Source: the human T2T-CHM13v2.0 reference genome, Homo sapiens. Taken from it: a DNA stretch of 64,000 nt. Below, piece by piece: positions 11,924 through 33,045 of the stretch. Every line of letters begins with the position of its first letter. Positions within the stretch are counted from its first letter, which is position 1. The stretch is taken from assembly GCF_009914755.1 (NCBI RefSeq), contig NC_060934.1. One strand, written 5' to 3'. A program made the translations under genes and the position numbers. The notes below the pieces were generated by a model. The model made no database searches, was not told the DNA's origin, and worked only from the letters and a program-made list of their open reading frames with translations.

Positions 11924-14870
11924 GTCAGGTAATGTGATTTCTCGAGTCTTGTGTTTTCCTGCTCAGGATAGCTCTGGCTATTATGAGTCTTTTTAGGTTC
12001 CCTATAAATTTTAGGATTACTTTTTCTATTTTTGTGAAGAACGTTCTTGGTATTTTGATAGGGATTGGATTGAATACGTAGATTGCTTTGAATAGAATGG
12101 ACATTTTAACAATATTGACTCTTCCAATCTATGAACATGAAATATCTTTCCATTTTTTGTGTATCCTCTTCAGTTTCTTGCATTTTATAGTTCTCATTGT
12201 GGACATCTTTTACTTATTTGTTTAAGTTAATTCCTGGGTATTTAATTTGATTTGTAACTATTGTAAGTGGGATTATTTTCTAGATTTCTTTTTCAGATTG
12301 TTTGCTGTTGGCATATAGAAATGCTACTGACTTTTGTATATCAATTTTATATCCTGCAACTTTGCTGAATTTGTTCATCATTTCTAATTTTTTTTTTGTG
12401 AAGTCTTTATGTTTTTCTAAATACATAATTATATCATCTCCAAACAAGGATAACTTGAGTTCTTTCTTTCCAATTTGGATGCCCTTTATTTCTTTCGTCT
12501 GATTGCTCTAGCTAGGACTTTCAGTACATGTTGAACAACAGTGGTGAAAGTAGGCATCCTTGTCTTGTTCCAGATCTTAGAGGACAGGCTTTCAGTTTTT
12601 CCCTGTTTGGTATAACATTAGCTGTGGGTCTGTCACATATGGCTTTTAGTGCGTTGGGGTATGTTTCTTATATACCCAGTTTTTGAAGGTTTTTTCATGA
12701 AGCGATGTTGAATTTTATCAAATGCTTTTTCAGCATCAATTGAAATAATCATATGGTTTTTGTCTCTCATTCTGTTGGTATGATGTATCACATTGATTGA
12801 TTTGTGTATGTTGAACCACCCTTGTATCCCTGTGATGAATCTCATTTGGTCACGATGAATGATCTCTTTAATATGATGTTGAATTCGGCTTGCTAGTATT
12901 TTGTTGAGGATTTTTGCATCAATGTTCATCAGATACATTGGCCTGTAGTTTTCTTTTTTTGATGTCACTTTGTCTGGTTTTAGTATCAGGGTAATATTGG
13001 CCTTGTAGAATGACTTTGGAAGTATTCCCTTGTCCTCTATTTTTTGGAACAGTTTGAGTAGGATTGATATTAGTTCTTTAAATGTTTGCCAAAATTTAGC
13101 AGTGAAGCCATCAGGTCCCAGGCTTTTCTTTGCTTGGAGACTTTTTATTATGGCTTTGATCTTGTTACTTATTATTGGTCTATTCAAGTTTTGGATTTCT
13201 TCATGGTTCAATCTTGGTAGGTTGTATGTGTCTAGGAATTTATTCATTTCTTCTAGGTTTTTAAATTTATTGGCATATAATTTCTCATAGTAGCCTCTAA
13301 TGGATCCTTTGAATTTCTGCAGTATCAGCTATAATGTCTCCTTTTTCATTTCTGATTTTATTTATTTGGGTTTTCTCTCTCTTTGTCTTAGTGAGTCTGG
13401 CTAATGATTTGTCAATTTTGTTTAACTTTTCAAAAAAACAACTTTTTGTTTCATTGGTGTTTTGTATTTTTTTATTTTAATGTGATTTATTTCCTGCTCT
13501 TGTTTTTACTATTTCTTCTATGAATTTTGGGTTTGATTTGCTCTTGCTTTTCTAGTTCTTTAAGACGCATCATTAGGTTATTTTAATTTTTTTTCTTTTA
13601 AAAAATTTTTTGACATAGATACTTATTGCTGTAAACTTTCCTCTTAGTACTGCTTTTGCTGTATCCCATAGGTTTTGGTATGTTGTGTTTCAATTTTCAT
13701 TTGTTTCAAGGAATTTTCTTAATTTCTTCATTGAGCCACTGGTCATTCAGAGGCATATTGTGTAATTTCCATGTGTTTGTATAGTTTCCAAAGTTCCTCT
13801 TGTTATTGACTTTTGATTTTATTCCATTGTAATCAGAGAAGATACTTGATATGATTTCAAAGTTTTTGAATTTTTAAAGATGTATTTTGTGGCCTAACAT
13901 ATGGTCTATTCTTGAGCATGATCCATGTGGTGAAGAGAAGAATGTATATTCTTCAGCTGTCAGATGAAACATTCTATAAATATCTGTTAGGTCCATTTGG
14001 TCTTTAGTGTAGATAAGGTCTGATATTTTTGGTTGATTTTCTGTCTGGATGATCTGTTCAGTGTTGAAAGTGGGCTGTTGAAGTCTCCAACTATTGCTGC
14101 ATTGGTTGTCTATCTCTCCGTTTAGCTCTAATAATATTTGTTTTATGTATCTGGGTGCTTCAGTGTTGGGAGCATATGTATGTACAATTATGACATCCTC
14201 TTGATGAATTGATCCCTTTTATATCATGACCTTCTTTGTCTGTTTTTGTCTTGAAATTTATTTTATCTGATATAATTATAGCTATTCCTGCTCTTTTTTG
14301 GTTTCCATTTGCATGGACTATCTTTTTTCATCCTTTTCAGTGTTTATGTGTTTTTATAGGTGAAATGTGTTTCTTATGGGTCATTGAGTCTTGATTTTTT
14401 TATCCGTTCAGCCACTCTATGTCTTTTGATTAGAGAGTTTAGTCCATTTATATTCAATGTTGTTGTTGATAAGCAAGGACTTTACTATTGCCATTTTGTT
14501 GTTTGTTTTCTGGTTGTTCTGTCTTCCTTCCTTCCTTCCTTCCTTCCATCCGTCCGTCCATCCGTCCGTCTGTCTTCTGTTTTTGGTGAAAGCAATTTTC
14601 TCTGGTGGTATGTTTTAACTCCTTGCTTTATATTTTTTGTGTATCTGTGGTAGGTTTTTTGTTTGATGTTACAATGAGGCCTACAAACAACATCTTACAA
14701 CCCATTATTTCAAATTGATGACAACTGAACTCTTATTGCAAAAACAAACAAACAAGGAGAAAACTAATTAAAACTCTACCCTTTAACTTTATCCCCCCTG
14801 CTTTTTAACTTTTTGTTTCTATTTATATCTTCTTATACTGTCTGTGTCTTAAAAAGTTATTGCAGTTATT

Positions 14871-15190
<320 letters not shown>

Positions 15191-17272
15191 TGATAGGTTC
15201 AACTTTCAGTATTCCCATTCAAGATATGAGTAGTTTACACACCACAATTATGGTGTTATAATATTCTGTATTTGTCTGTATACCTAATTACAAGAGAGTT
15301 TTGTACCTTCAGATGATTTCTTACTGCTCATTAATGTCCTTTTCTTTCAGATTGAAGAAGTCCCTTTAACATTTCTTGCAGAACAGATTTGGTGTTGACA
15401 AAATCCCTCAGCTTTTGTTTGTCTTGGAAAGTCTCAATTTCTCCTTCATCTTTGACGATATTTTCACTGGATACAATTTTCTAGGATAAAAATTTTTTCC
15501 TTCAGCACGTTAAATAGATTCTGTCACTTTCTTTTAGCCTGTAAGGTTTTCACTGAGAAATGTGCTGCCAGATATATTGGAGTTCCAATTTATGTTATTA
15601 CTTTTCTTTTCCCTTGCTGCTTTTAGGATTATTTCTTTATCTTTGACCTTTGGGAGTTTGATTATTAAATATCTTGAGGTAGTCTCATTGGGTTAAATAT
15701 GCTCAATTTTCTAAAGCCTTCTTGTATTTTAATGTTAACATCTTTCTCTAGGTTGGAAAGTGTTATTATCTTTTGAATAAACTTTCTACTCCAGTCTCTC
15801 TCTCTACCTCTTCTTTAAGGCCAATAACTCTTAGATTTGCCCTTTTGAGGCTTTTTTTCTAGCTACCATAGGCATGCTTCATTATTTTCTATTCTTTTTC
15901 TTTTGTCTCCTCTGACTGTGTATTTTCAAATAGCCTGTCTTCAAGCTTACTGATTCTTTCTTCTGCTTGATCAATTCTAATGTTGGGAGACTCTGATGCA
16001 TTCTTCATTTTTTCAATTGATTTTTTCAGCTCCGGAATTTCTGCTTGATTCTTTTTAATTATTTCTAGCTCTTTGTTAAATTTGTCTCATAACATTCTGA
16101 ATTCTTTCTCTGTCTTACCTTGGATTTCACTGAGCTTCTTCAAAACAGTTACTTTGAATTCACCGCTTGAAAGATCACATATTTCCGTTACTCCAGAATT
16201 GGTCACTGGTGCCTTATTTAGTTTATTTGGAGAAGTCATGTTTTCCTGGATGGTCTTGAAGCTTGTGGGTGTTCATCAATGTCAGGGCATTGAATAGTTA
16301 GATATTTATTCTAATATTTGCAGTCTGGGTTTGTTTGTACCCAACTTTCTAGAGAAGGATTAGTAAGTATTCAAAGATAATTTTGAGTGTTGTAATCCAG
16401 TTATTTGGTCATGCAACCATAAATGCATTAAGGGGCACCCCAAGTCCAGTAATGTGCTGACTCTTGCAGACTTGTAGAGGTACTGCCTTGGTGGTCTTGG
16501 GAGAAGACCAAGGAGATCAGGGAGAATTCCCTGGATTACCAGGCAGGGTTTCTTGTTCTATTCCCTTTTCTCCAAACAAAGTGTCTTTCTCTCTCCATGC
16601 TGAGCTGCCTGGAGTTGGGGAAGGAGTGATGCAGACACTCCCATGGCCACCACCACTGGGACTGTGCTGGGTCATACCTGAAGCCAGCATAGTGCTAGGT
16701 CTCACCCAAGGCCTGTTGGTGAGAGTCCTGAGAGTCTTGATGTTTATTCAAGCCCCAAGGGCTATTTAGTGAGCAAATGATGAATCCTGCCAGGACTAGG
16801 TCTTCCCCTTCAGTGAAGCAGGTTCCTTCCAGTGAAGCAGGTTCCCTTCTGGCCCAGGGTGGGTTTAGAAATGCCATTGAAGTGCGAGGGCCTGGGGTCA
16901 GGGGTTTTAGGAATTTGTTTGGTGCTTCATTTTACTGGGGCTGAACTGGCACCCAGGTTGTAAAACTAAGTCCTCTCTGCTTTTCCCTTTTCTTTCCTCA
17001 AGCAGAAGGGCTATCTGCTTATGGGCACCACTGCACCAGGCCAGTGGTGACTATACCCTGACTACCACTGATGTTTATTCAAGGCCCAAGGGGTTTTTAG
17101 TCAGCAGTTGGTGAGTCCTACCAAGCCTGGTTCTCTCCCGCCAGAGCCGCAGGTTCCTTTCTGGCCCAGGATGGGTCTAGAAATGCCCACCAAGACCTAA
17201 GGTCTGGAATCAGAGACTTCAGGAGTCTGCTTGATACACTTTATTTGACTGTGGCTGAGCTGGATACCCAGG

Positions 17273-17642
17273 TGTGTAGTCCATTCTTGCACTGCTATAA
17301 AGATAGTACCCTTTAAAAAGTAATTTATAAAGGAAAGAGGTTTAATTGACTCACAGTTCCACATGGTTGGGAAGGCCTCAGGAAACTTAGAATCATGGTG
17401 GAAGGCGAAGGGGAAGCAAGGACCTTCTTCACATGGTGGCAGGAGAGAGAAATGCAAGCCAGGCAAATACCAGACGCTTGTAAAACCATCAGATCTTGTG
17501 AAAACTCACTCACTATCATGAGAACAGCATGGGGGAAACCACCCCCATGATCCAGTCACCTCCCACTCGGTCTCGCCCTCAACACCTGGGGATTACAATT
17601 CAAGATGAGATTTGGGTGGGAACACAAAGCCTAATCATATCA
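17273..17642 (-). mobile_element. THE1D-like solo LTR nested in the L1MA 5'UTR
   Basis: tgtgtagtccattc...aatcatatca termini with TSD ccagg/ccaag. Confidence 0.9.
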
Positions 17643-18836
17643 CCAAGTTGCAAAACAAAGTCATTTTACTCTTCCTCCTCCTTTCCTCAAGCAGAAGGTG
17701 TCTCTCACTGTGGCCGCCACAGGTGGAAATGTGCTGGGTCACACCTGAAGCCAGCACAATACTGGGTCTCGCCCAAGGTCGTGGTGACTACTGACTGGCT
17801 ACCACTGATGTTTATTCAAGGCCCAAGGGTTCTTTAGTTAGCAGATGGTGAATTCTGCCAGGATTGCAACCTTTCCTTCAGGGCAGTGGGTTCTCTTCTG
17901 GCCCGGTGTCCGTCTAAAAATATTATCTGGGAGATAGTGCCAGGAGTGGGGGCATTAGGACTCTGCTTGGTGCTTTTACTGTGGCTGAGCTGGTATCCAA
18001 GTTGCAAGACAAAGTACTCTTTGCTCTTCCCTCTTTTCCTGGAGCTGTGAGCTGTACTGCCTGAAGTTGGGGGAGGGGTGATGCAAGCACTCCCTTGGCT
18101 GCCCCAGCTGGTGTCTCACTGGATCATGTCACCCTGAGTCCACTGGCTGTGAGCCCTGCACAGTACCAGGACTTGTCCAGGAATTGTGGTCCTTGTGGGC
18201 TAGACTGCCTTTCAAATTTATTAGGACCCCAGAGTGCTTTAGCCAATGGTGGTGGGGCTAGCTGGAAGTCAGGTTCTGACTGCTGGGATGGACAGTTCCC
18301 GTCTGGCTAGGGCTTGTCTAAGTGCTCCCTCTGTGGGCGCTGGCCAAATTCTGCCCTGTGTTGCTTTCCGCTATGTTAGGGGAGCAGTGAGTTCCAATGC
18401 AAAGTCCCCCAATCACTTAACTCTCCCTCCTCCAAGTGCACAGATTCTCTCTTCCTGCCATGCTGCCTGGGGATGAGAGAGAGGTGGTATAGGCAATTCA
18501 AGATCGTCTTTCCTACTCTCTTCAGTGCCTCTTTCCTTGACATGATGTTAAAACCAGGCACTATGATTGCTCACCTGATTTTTGGTTCTTGTGAAGGTGC
18601 TTCTTATGTGGATAGTTGTTCAATTTGTTGTTCCTGCAGTGCAGATGATTGCTGGAGGATTCTATCCAGCCACCTTGCTTTACCTCCTAAGAGAGAGTAA
18701 TTTCACCATATATAAAGAGCTCATACAAATTGATAAAAAGGTGAAATTTAAGAAAACAAGCAAAATCTGTGAACTGGCATTTTAAAGGAGATGATGTTCA
18801 AAGGGCTGACGAATATTTGAAAAGATGTTCAATAAC

Positions 18837-19046
18837 GAGAACACATAGACACGGGGCGGGGCACATCACACGCCAGGGCCTGTCAGAGGGTGGGGGGCTG
18901 GGGGAGGGATAGCATTAGGAGATATACCTAATGTAAATGACGAGTTGATGGGTGCAGCAACCAACATGGCACATGTATACCTATGTAACAAACCTGCATG
19001 TTGTGCACATGTACCCTAGGACTTAAAGTATAATAATAATAATAAC
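18837..19046 (+). mobile_element. Short L1PA (PA7/8-like) 3' end inserted in an older L1M fragment
   Basis: L1 3'UTR with a (TAA)n tail. TSD aaaagatgttcaataac / aaaagatgttcagtgac. Confidence 0.88.
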
Positions 19047-19104
19047 AAAAGATGTTCAGTGACAAAACAAGATGCAAGTTTAACCCTCCCTGCTTTTTTT
19101 GCAG

Positions 19105-19165
19105 ATGTCAGAAGAGATGGATAATATTACAGCTGAAGAAATTATAGACAAGCATCTCCAAAAAG
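19105..19165 (+). CDS. CC2D2B: CC2D2B coding exon: MSEEMDNITAEEIIDKHLQK(D)
   Basis: Acceptor ttttttgcag|ATG and weak donor G|gttctc. 61 nt, phase-compatible with 21398. Confidence 0.82.
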
Positions 19166-19886
19166 GTTCTCAATAAGTATACCATAACTCTGATACTCTT
19201 CATTTTTATTTTTAAAGATGTAAATGATTAATCCTGTGCCAGGGTTTCAGCTGGGAACACAAATTTCCTAAGGAATCAGTTTAAAGAGAAATTAAACTTC
19301 CTAAATAAAACAAGATGGGCATAAGGAAATAGAAAAGTCAATGGATGTAATAAACCTGAATTTCATTTTCTTTTTGTCACTGCAAACATGGAGATTCCAC
19401 TGGCGGTGAGACTGTTTTAGACCACAAAGATACATAGGTGCAGAACCTGCTTCAGCAAACTTCAAATCTCAGGGAGGAAAATACATAAATAATGGTTGAG
19501 CTCTGGTTCATTCATCAAGCAAATATTTATTGAGCATGTATTATATGCCATCTGCCATTCTAAGTTATGGGAATAGAGTATAAACAAAACCAACTAGTAA
19601 TTTTTAAATTTTACCAAGGAATACTGTGGTTAAACGTGAAGATTCTCATGACCTATAGTTAGTTATTTAGCTTTATGCTTACCCTTTACTTCTACAAACT
19701 TCTATGTAACCTTTAAGCACTCAAAGGCAGGGAATAGAAAAAGTAAAAAGCAAGGCAAAGTGATCAATAGGTCCTCAATTTTTTACTGTACCTAGGATTG
19801 CATGATCTTGCATGATCTCTTTCATTCCATCCAGCAACCGAGCAGAAAATAACACATGGCTTGGAGTACACACAAGGGCTTGAGAC

Positions 19887-20456
<570 letters not shown>

Positions 20457-20800
20457 TCCTTTATACCCTCAAAACTTTCCTTTTCTCTAATAGCTGGAAA
20501 AAGTAGGGGTCAGAAGTGTTATAATGATTTTACAAAACTATCATAATTAAAATGGGTATCCAGAGACTTATCACTCTTCTTTTTTAGATTCCTGTCTTTT
20601 CAGTTTAATAAAATTCAAGTAACCAGGCTTTGATATTTTTGTATTAGTATACTTCACAGAGATGTCTCACAGATTTTTAAAATCTGAGCTTTGTTTTTGT
20701 TTTGTTTTGTTTTGTTTTTGGCCAAAGAAGGGCTCTGGCCAGTAGCTGAGGAAGCAACAAAAGAAGGTGACAGAGACCTACTATGTACCCACGATAATTA

Positions 20801-21129
<329 letters not shown>

Positions 21130-21397
21130 GAAGGTGATAGAGGATAGAAAAGTTGTCACAAAGAAAAACAAAAATCAGTCCTGAATGGGTGAAAGTATTT
21201 ATTCCAGATGGAAAAGGGGAAAGGACATCTATTTGTCTTAGATTCTAAGCTCTCATAAGATAATAACCTAGTTTTCATAATTGTCATGAGGCTTAGAAAT
21301 GCATGCAATTAAAGAATTTAATAAATACTTTTGCTGCTATTGTTGTTTAATTATAATAAAGTGTCATAAACTCTTTATTATGTTGGTTTCCTGATAG

Positions 21398-21474
21398 ATT
21401 TAGATGCAGAAGAAAATCAAAATGTAGCAAAGACATTGAGAGGCAAAGTGAGAGAAAAGCTAAAAATTTCTAAG
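21398..21474 (+). CDS. CC2D2B: CC2D2B coding exon: DLDAEENQNVAKTLRGKVREKLKISK
   Basis: Acceptor ctgatag|, donor AAG|gtaatg. 77 nt, restores phase 0. Confidence 0.88.
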
Positions 21475-21862
21475 GTAATGCTTTTTAAAATTTCCTGTTT
21501 TCAAATTTACTATTTAAATGAGACATTTAACACAATCAAGTTTTCTTTGTCAAAAGAGCCAAAATTCAGTGTTAATATAGCTCCTTAATTCCTAAAGTCT
21601 TCCTCTCTCTATATATATATATATTTTCCTTTTGTCTCATAACATCCTTATAATGTCAAACCTAAAGCCAAGAAGAGCTAGGTGATTTGGTCATAGTAAT
21701 TATAAATGACATTTCAGTATGTCTGCTGATATTTCATGTACACATACCACACTTTTTAAAAGAAAAACATTGCAAAGTATTGATATTTATAAATTTTGGA
21801 CAAAAGACTTATGAGCACAATTATGTCTATTTCTGTAAAGATTTATTTATGTTGTGTTTCAG

Positions 21863-21928
21863 ATTAATAAAGGTGAAAAATCTTCAACTGAGCAGCTCAT
21901 TGATAGCGAAATACATCAAAGGTCCAAG
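21863..21928 (+). CDS. CC2D2B: CC2D2B coding exon: INKGEKSSTEQLIDSEIHQRSK
   Basis: Acceptor gtgtttcag|, donor AAG|gtgaat. 66 nt. Confidence 0.88.
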
Positions 21929-22181
21929 GTGAATAACTTTTCTCTTTTTTTACTTTTTAAAACAGCTTTATGGAAGTATAGTTTACATAGCAAAACTTCA
22001 CCCATTTAAAGTGTATATGACTCAATGATTTCTAGTTAATTTACAGAATTGTTCAATCAATACCACAGTTTAGTTTTTATCACCCAAAAAAGATTCCTCT
22101 TTATCAGTGATTGCCCATTTGCAATCACCCTCTATTCTTACTTGGCATTACTTTTTATCCTAAAAAATTATAATAAAATAT

Positions 22182-22542
22182 TGTTAAAAGATAAACTTAG
22201 GAACATTAAAAGTTTAAAGAGTTTATTTGAACAGGCAACAATCCATGAATTGAGGAGTGCCACTGTGCAGATGGTTAGGGCTCCACCGAAAGGGCATGCA
22301 GGGAAAACTTTTAAACGGTGCATGCGGAAGCAAGGCAAAGAAAACATTGATTGACTAGAATGGAGCAGTAGCCTTAAAGTTCCTAGTTAGAGATTAGTTG
22401 GCAGTTTCTGATTGGTAAAACTAAAGTTACAGTTTCCTTGGATAGGACCATTCACACTGAATTGGGTTTGGTTTGCTTACATAGGAACTCAGGGCCCTAG
22501 AGCTGCTTCAGTCTAATAGCCTCCCAATTAATTATTTTAACA
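22182..22542 (-). mobile_element. ERV1 (MER4-group) solo LTR, MER93-like
   Basis: TGTTAAAA...TTTTAACA termini. The reverse complement begins TGTTAAAATAATTAATTGGGAGGC. 4-bp TSD atat/atgt. Confidence 0.75.
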
Positions 22543-22689
22543 ATGTTATAGGTGATATCCAACTTACAGATTTTAATCCAACTTACAGATTTTTAATTTA
22601 ATGTGTAATCAATATTTGAAAATTCAATGTGTAATCACATATTTGGAACTTGAAATGACAAAACAACTCATATTTTTAGAGAGTTATAT

Positions 22690-23053
22690 TATTTAGAGGA
22701 CAAGCTAAGTAGCTGTAACAAAAAGATTCAAAGTAAAGTGTTTTCATTAAGATAGAAGTTTCCTTTTTCTCTAATGTAACAAATCAGCAGTCGGGGCTGA
22801 TAGGAGAGTTTTGCCATCTCCAATATGTGGTTTCCATCCGTAAGTCCAATGGCAAAGCTGTAGTTTTCCATTTGCTAGCAAAAGGGAAGTGGGGAAGAAA
22901 GAACCAAAGGATTTTAGGTTGATCTTTTAGGGGAGAAGACCAGGAAACTGCATATCATATCATTTCCACCAAATGAATGTGGAAGAAGTGTCTAGGTTCT
23001 ACTATTAGAGTTGGGAGAAAAGACTGTAATGAGCAACTAATAGTTTCTGCCAC
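22690..23053 (-). mobile_element. Old ERVL LTR (LTR33-like)
   Basis: gctgtaacaaa start region and ...tttctgccaca end typical of this group; diverged. Confidence 0.4.
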
Positions 23054-23899
23054 AAGCACCTAGAGTATTTAACTGCAAATTTTAAAATGCAAGGTTTTTT
23101 TTTTTTAATTTATCTTTGGCTCCTCAACAGAGCACCTCTTAGATGCTTAATAAAAATTATTTTAATTAAATGTAAAGGTAAACGCAGACTAAAAAGTGAT
23201 GTTTATGTGCATATTATTCACTCAACACATGAATTAAAACATGCCTAAATTGGATTTAATTTCACTACGAGTAGTAAAAACTATAAAGAGTTACAAAGTT
23301 TGTCAAGGTCAATCCATTGAGTATCAGGAAAAGGGGTTAAAAGGAAGAGAAATTGGCTTCTAAGAAACACGATCCCAATTACCACACAGGGATATTTGCT
23401 CAGGAAGCAGAAGATTTCAGCAAGTGATTTTGAGATGTGCAGAGGTGATGGGGGGTAAAAGTATATACTGACAATTCATATAAGCAGCATTGTTACAAGG
23501 TGAATAACTTTTAAGTTAATATGATGGCTACAGTGTAGATACAAACAATATAAAGATAAGCTTTTATCTTACAAGATAAAATCTTATAATTTTATATTTT
23601 ATAAAATTATCTTATATAAAGTTATATCTTATAATTTTATATTTTACATATTTTAAATTCTTTCATTCCTAGTAACTATGAGTTCTACTTATTATAGAAT
23701 TGATTCCTTTCCCAAGCCTTCCTTAAAACATTTCATTTTAATATATGTGTGTGAGAAAGAAGTGATTTATCAATTCAAAGAGTCAGACAAGAGTGAAAAA
23801 TGAGAGCTTCTTTGTCAGCGGGTTTACAACCAAGAATATACCACTTTTCAGACTTTTAATTGCTTCTAACTCCATGAAAGATTGTGGGCTGAGGTGGCA

Positions 23900-23921
23900 G
23901 TGTGTGTGTGTGTGTGTGTGT

Positions 23922-23960
<39 letters not shown>
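23900..23960. repeat. (TG)n(CG)n microsatellite
   Basis: About 26 TG units with one interruption, followed by gcgcgcg. Confidence 0.95.
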
Positions 23961-24316
23961 CCTGAACAGGACAGCACCAAAAACAAGGAGAGAAAAGAAA
24001 GTTCCACTGGAGCCAGCATTTTGGTCAAACTCTTATCACCCAGACTATAGTGAGGAGATAGTTTGGGAAGATGGAGAAGATTCTGGCTGTATATTCTGGC
24101 TTTTCTTGCAGTTACCCGAACATTAGAAACAAAACAAAAATAAAAACTCATGAACCAAACAGACTCAAAGCTAAATATACCTTGATATTGTTTGCCTTGG
24201 TGCTCCCTGTTTGCTAGAGAGATAACAATTATGTTTACCATATTACAGAAAACTATTTCCTTTACTTATAAGCAGAAAAAGTGTTTATTTCAACACTAAA
24301 TACTGGTTTATCATAG

Positions 24317-24412
24317 TTGTCTCCACAGACTGAAGTCTCATTGGATGAAAGTCTTTCATTTTTCATTCTGAGTGGTGAAGAAGGTTCAGCTTTGGGCAAG
24401 TCTTCAGAGCAG
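24317..24412 (+). CDS. CC2D2B: CC2D2B coding exon: LSPQTEVSLDESLSFFILSGEEGSALGKSSEQ
   Basis: Acceptor tcatag|TTG, donor CAG|gttgga. 96 nt; matches the start of the ORF-track frame at 24317. Confidence 0.85.
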
Positions 24413-25489
24413 GTTGGATTTGTTTGCCTCCCTCCCACCATCTCACTCTCAGGAAAAAATGATTCTTTATTAAAAGTGCAGAATGAAATACTTGGACGGG
24501 AGATAAAGTTTTATTATTGTGCCTTCATCTTCTCTTTGAATTAAGAAGCTGTTCATAATAATAAAACCTAGCATTTATTGAGTGCACTCTGAATGCCCAG
24601 TGATTACTAAGTTTTTAACACGAATTGTAGCATTAAATCCTCATCTTAACCCTGTGAGGCAGGCATTATGCTTATCTTTACAGGTAACGAAAATCAAGCA
24701 AAGAGGGTTAAGCCTTGATACAGCTGGAAAGTCTAGGCTGTCAGCTCAAAAGCCTGTGTTTTCTTTTTTCTTTCTTTCTTTCTTTCTTTTTTTTTTTTTG
24801 TTCCTATCCTTTCCAAGGGCCCTACATTGTTCTCCACAATCTCCACTACTCCTCATGGTCTCCTCATTCTTCATTCCTCCTAACCCAATCCCAAGCCCTC
24901 CTTCTAGTCAGTCCCTCTCAGTCCCCCTCAAACTGTGTAGTCTCCCTGTTTCCCTGGGGTTGCCCTTTCCTCCAGTCCTACTTAGCCTCACTGGTCTTTC
25001 CCATTTCCTCCTGACTTGTCTCCCTATCTGCTCTTGTTCCTGGACACTTTCTTCAATTCCTGTGTACCTTCCAGTCTCCCTACAGTTTTCTTGAGCCCTC
25101 TGCTACCCAGTACCTCTTATTCTCAGTAGTTCTACATAATGTCTTTTGACACCTCTTGGTCCCTCCAGATCCCTCAGGTCCCCCTGTCAAGTCCCTCTGG
25201 GTCCCCCATTTGCCTTCCTACTTCCACCTCCCAGTCTCTTCCAGTCTCCTTTCTTTGCATTCTGCTCCAGTCCTTTCATTCTCGTTTTGTTATTGTTGTT
25301 TTTTGCACAATTAAAAAAAAAAACTCTTAAAATTTTGAACAAGTAAAACATACACAGTATAAAAACGTAATGCAGAAAGCCACAAGGAAGAAAATAAAAA
25401 TCATCTGAAATCCCACTGCCCTAAGATAGTCACTATTATCATTTTTTCATACTTTTCTCTATGCTTAGCCCTGTACATGCACACACACG

Positions 25490-32264
<6,775 letters not shown>

Positions 32265-32279
32265 TAAACAGAATCACAG

Positions 32280-33045
32280 TAGTAAATGGCAATTCCATTT
32301 TTCCAGTTGCTCAGTTGAACCTTGGTCTCATCCTCAGATTTCCTTTTACTCAAATGCTTCAAATCCAATTTCTTACAAACCCTGTTGGTTCTGCCTTCAA
32401 AGTATTCCCATATCAGACCCGCTTTTCACCAGCCTCTCTGGTACTTCACCATAGCCTCTCATCAGAATCACTGCCACTGTCTCCCTCTGTATTCACTATT
32501 GTCCCTGTAGTCCATTTTCCATACCATACAGTCATCACAGTGACCTTGTTAAAATCTAAGACAGATTTTTTTTTTTTTTTGCTTACACTTTCTAATGGTT
32601 TCCTACCTCATTCACAATAAAAGTCCTTACAGGGGGGACCTGGTCCCCTTAGCACCTCTCTGACTTTATTTCATTTTTCACTACTCTCCTCTCTGTCATC
32701 TAACACCAGCCACATTGGCTTCCTTCCTGTTTCTCATTTACAGCAAGCTCCTGCCTCAGGGCCTTTGTACCAAGGTGTCTGCCTAGAAAGCTCTTTCCTT
32801 TTCCGTAAGCTGTGTCCCCCGCTAACTTTGGATTTCTGTTCAAATGACATATTATTATAGATGCTATGCCTGACAACCCTATCTAAAATAGTACCCCCAA
32901 CCTACCCAGCCCAGCATTCTCTATCCTCTTACCCTGCTTTATTTTTCTTCATAACACTTATCACCACTTAATGTATATTTCTGTGTCTATTTGTTTATTT
33001 TCTTCCTGGAATATGTTAGGCACACAATGAATATTTGAATGAATA
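32280..33045 (+). mobile_element. L2 3' portion
   Basis: L2-like body ending aatatttgaatgaat. Confidence 0.65.

Noticed and set aside
16700-18010. Three ~330-360-bp dispersed repeat units
   Set aside because: Normal monomer repeats of an old L1M 5'UTR.
24582-25094. 170-aa Leu/Ser/Pro/Phe-rich ORF
   Set aside because: Artefact of the pyrimidine-rich low-complexity tract and a MIR fragment.
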